Origin: Macrostomum lignano
Lineage: Eukaryota
DNA length: 64,000 bases
NCBI GenBank assembly: GCA_002269645.1
Contig: NIVC01000025.1
Location: 1-64,000, forward strand
Direction: 5' to 3'
How positions within the stretch are numbered: position 1 is the first letter of the stretch; every line of letters begins with the position of its first letter. Positions 63,600 to 64,000 of this stretch are shown here, piece after piece. The notes under the pieces are model-generated. The model was given only the letters and a program-made list of their open reading frames with translations, had not been told where the DNA came from and did no database searches. Made by a program: the position numbers and the translations under genes.

Positions 63600-63990
63600 A
63601 ATGATAGAAGAGGAGGGAAAGAGAGAAGGGAGGGGAGAGAGGAGAGGAGAGAATAGAATGAGAGGAGAGAGGAAAGTGGAGAGAGGAGAGGAGAGAATAG
63701 AATGAGAGGAGAGAGGAAAGTGGAGAGAGGAGATCGAGAAGAAAAGGAGAAGGATAGAACAGGAGATTAGGAAAGAAGAGAAGATCGAGGAGAGAGGAGA
63801 GAAGAAGGCGGAGAAGGGTGAGGAGATCAGAGAAGAAAAGAAAAGAAGGAGGGGAGGGGAAGAGAGAGGATAAGGGAAGAGAGAGGATAAGGGAAAGGAG
63901 AGTAGAAAAGAGGAGAGGAGAGAAGAGGAGATCGAGGAGAGAAAAGAGAAGTGCGAGAGGAGATTAGAAAGAAAGGAGCTAAGTAGAGAC
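63600..63990. repeat. Polypurine (GA-rich) low-complexity tract
   Basis: Direct inspection. Confidence 0.9.
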
Positions 63991-64000
63991 ATACATGCAA

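Overview
Eukaryotic (invertebrate animal) genomic DNA with GT-AG introns and a very high repeat content. The repeat landscape suggests a flatworm such as Macrostomum, but that is inference only. Host genes: exon 1 of B4GALT7 (minus; the rest lies beyond the window start); a 7-exon ZDHHC2/15/20-type palmitoyltransferase (minus, 22219-9645); a 56-aa secreted Cys-rich peptide below the ORF-track cutoff (36216-36386); a 3-exon JHAMT-like SAM methyltransferase (plus, 47375-56368); and a Mab-21/cGAS-like nucleotidyltransferase (cGLR). The cGLR can be spliced in frame to an upstream ankyrin-repeat ORF, giving a predicted ~1260-aa ANK-cGLR (minus, 42660-37485), the most interesting item here. Mobile DNA: three Ty3/gypsy-type LTR elements with tRNA-Leu-type PBS, a full-length RNase H-bearing LINE with a 13-bp TSD, two mariner remnants, a hAT MITE, a 1.6-kb foldback element and many mini/microsatellites. 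The 5' halves of two host genes are strongly CpG-depleted and AT-eroded relative to their 3' exons. All coordinates were derived by hand; no database searches were run.
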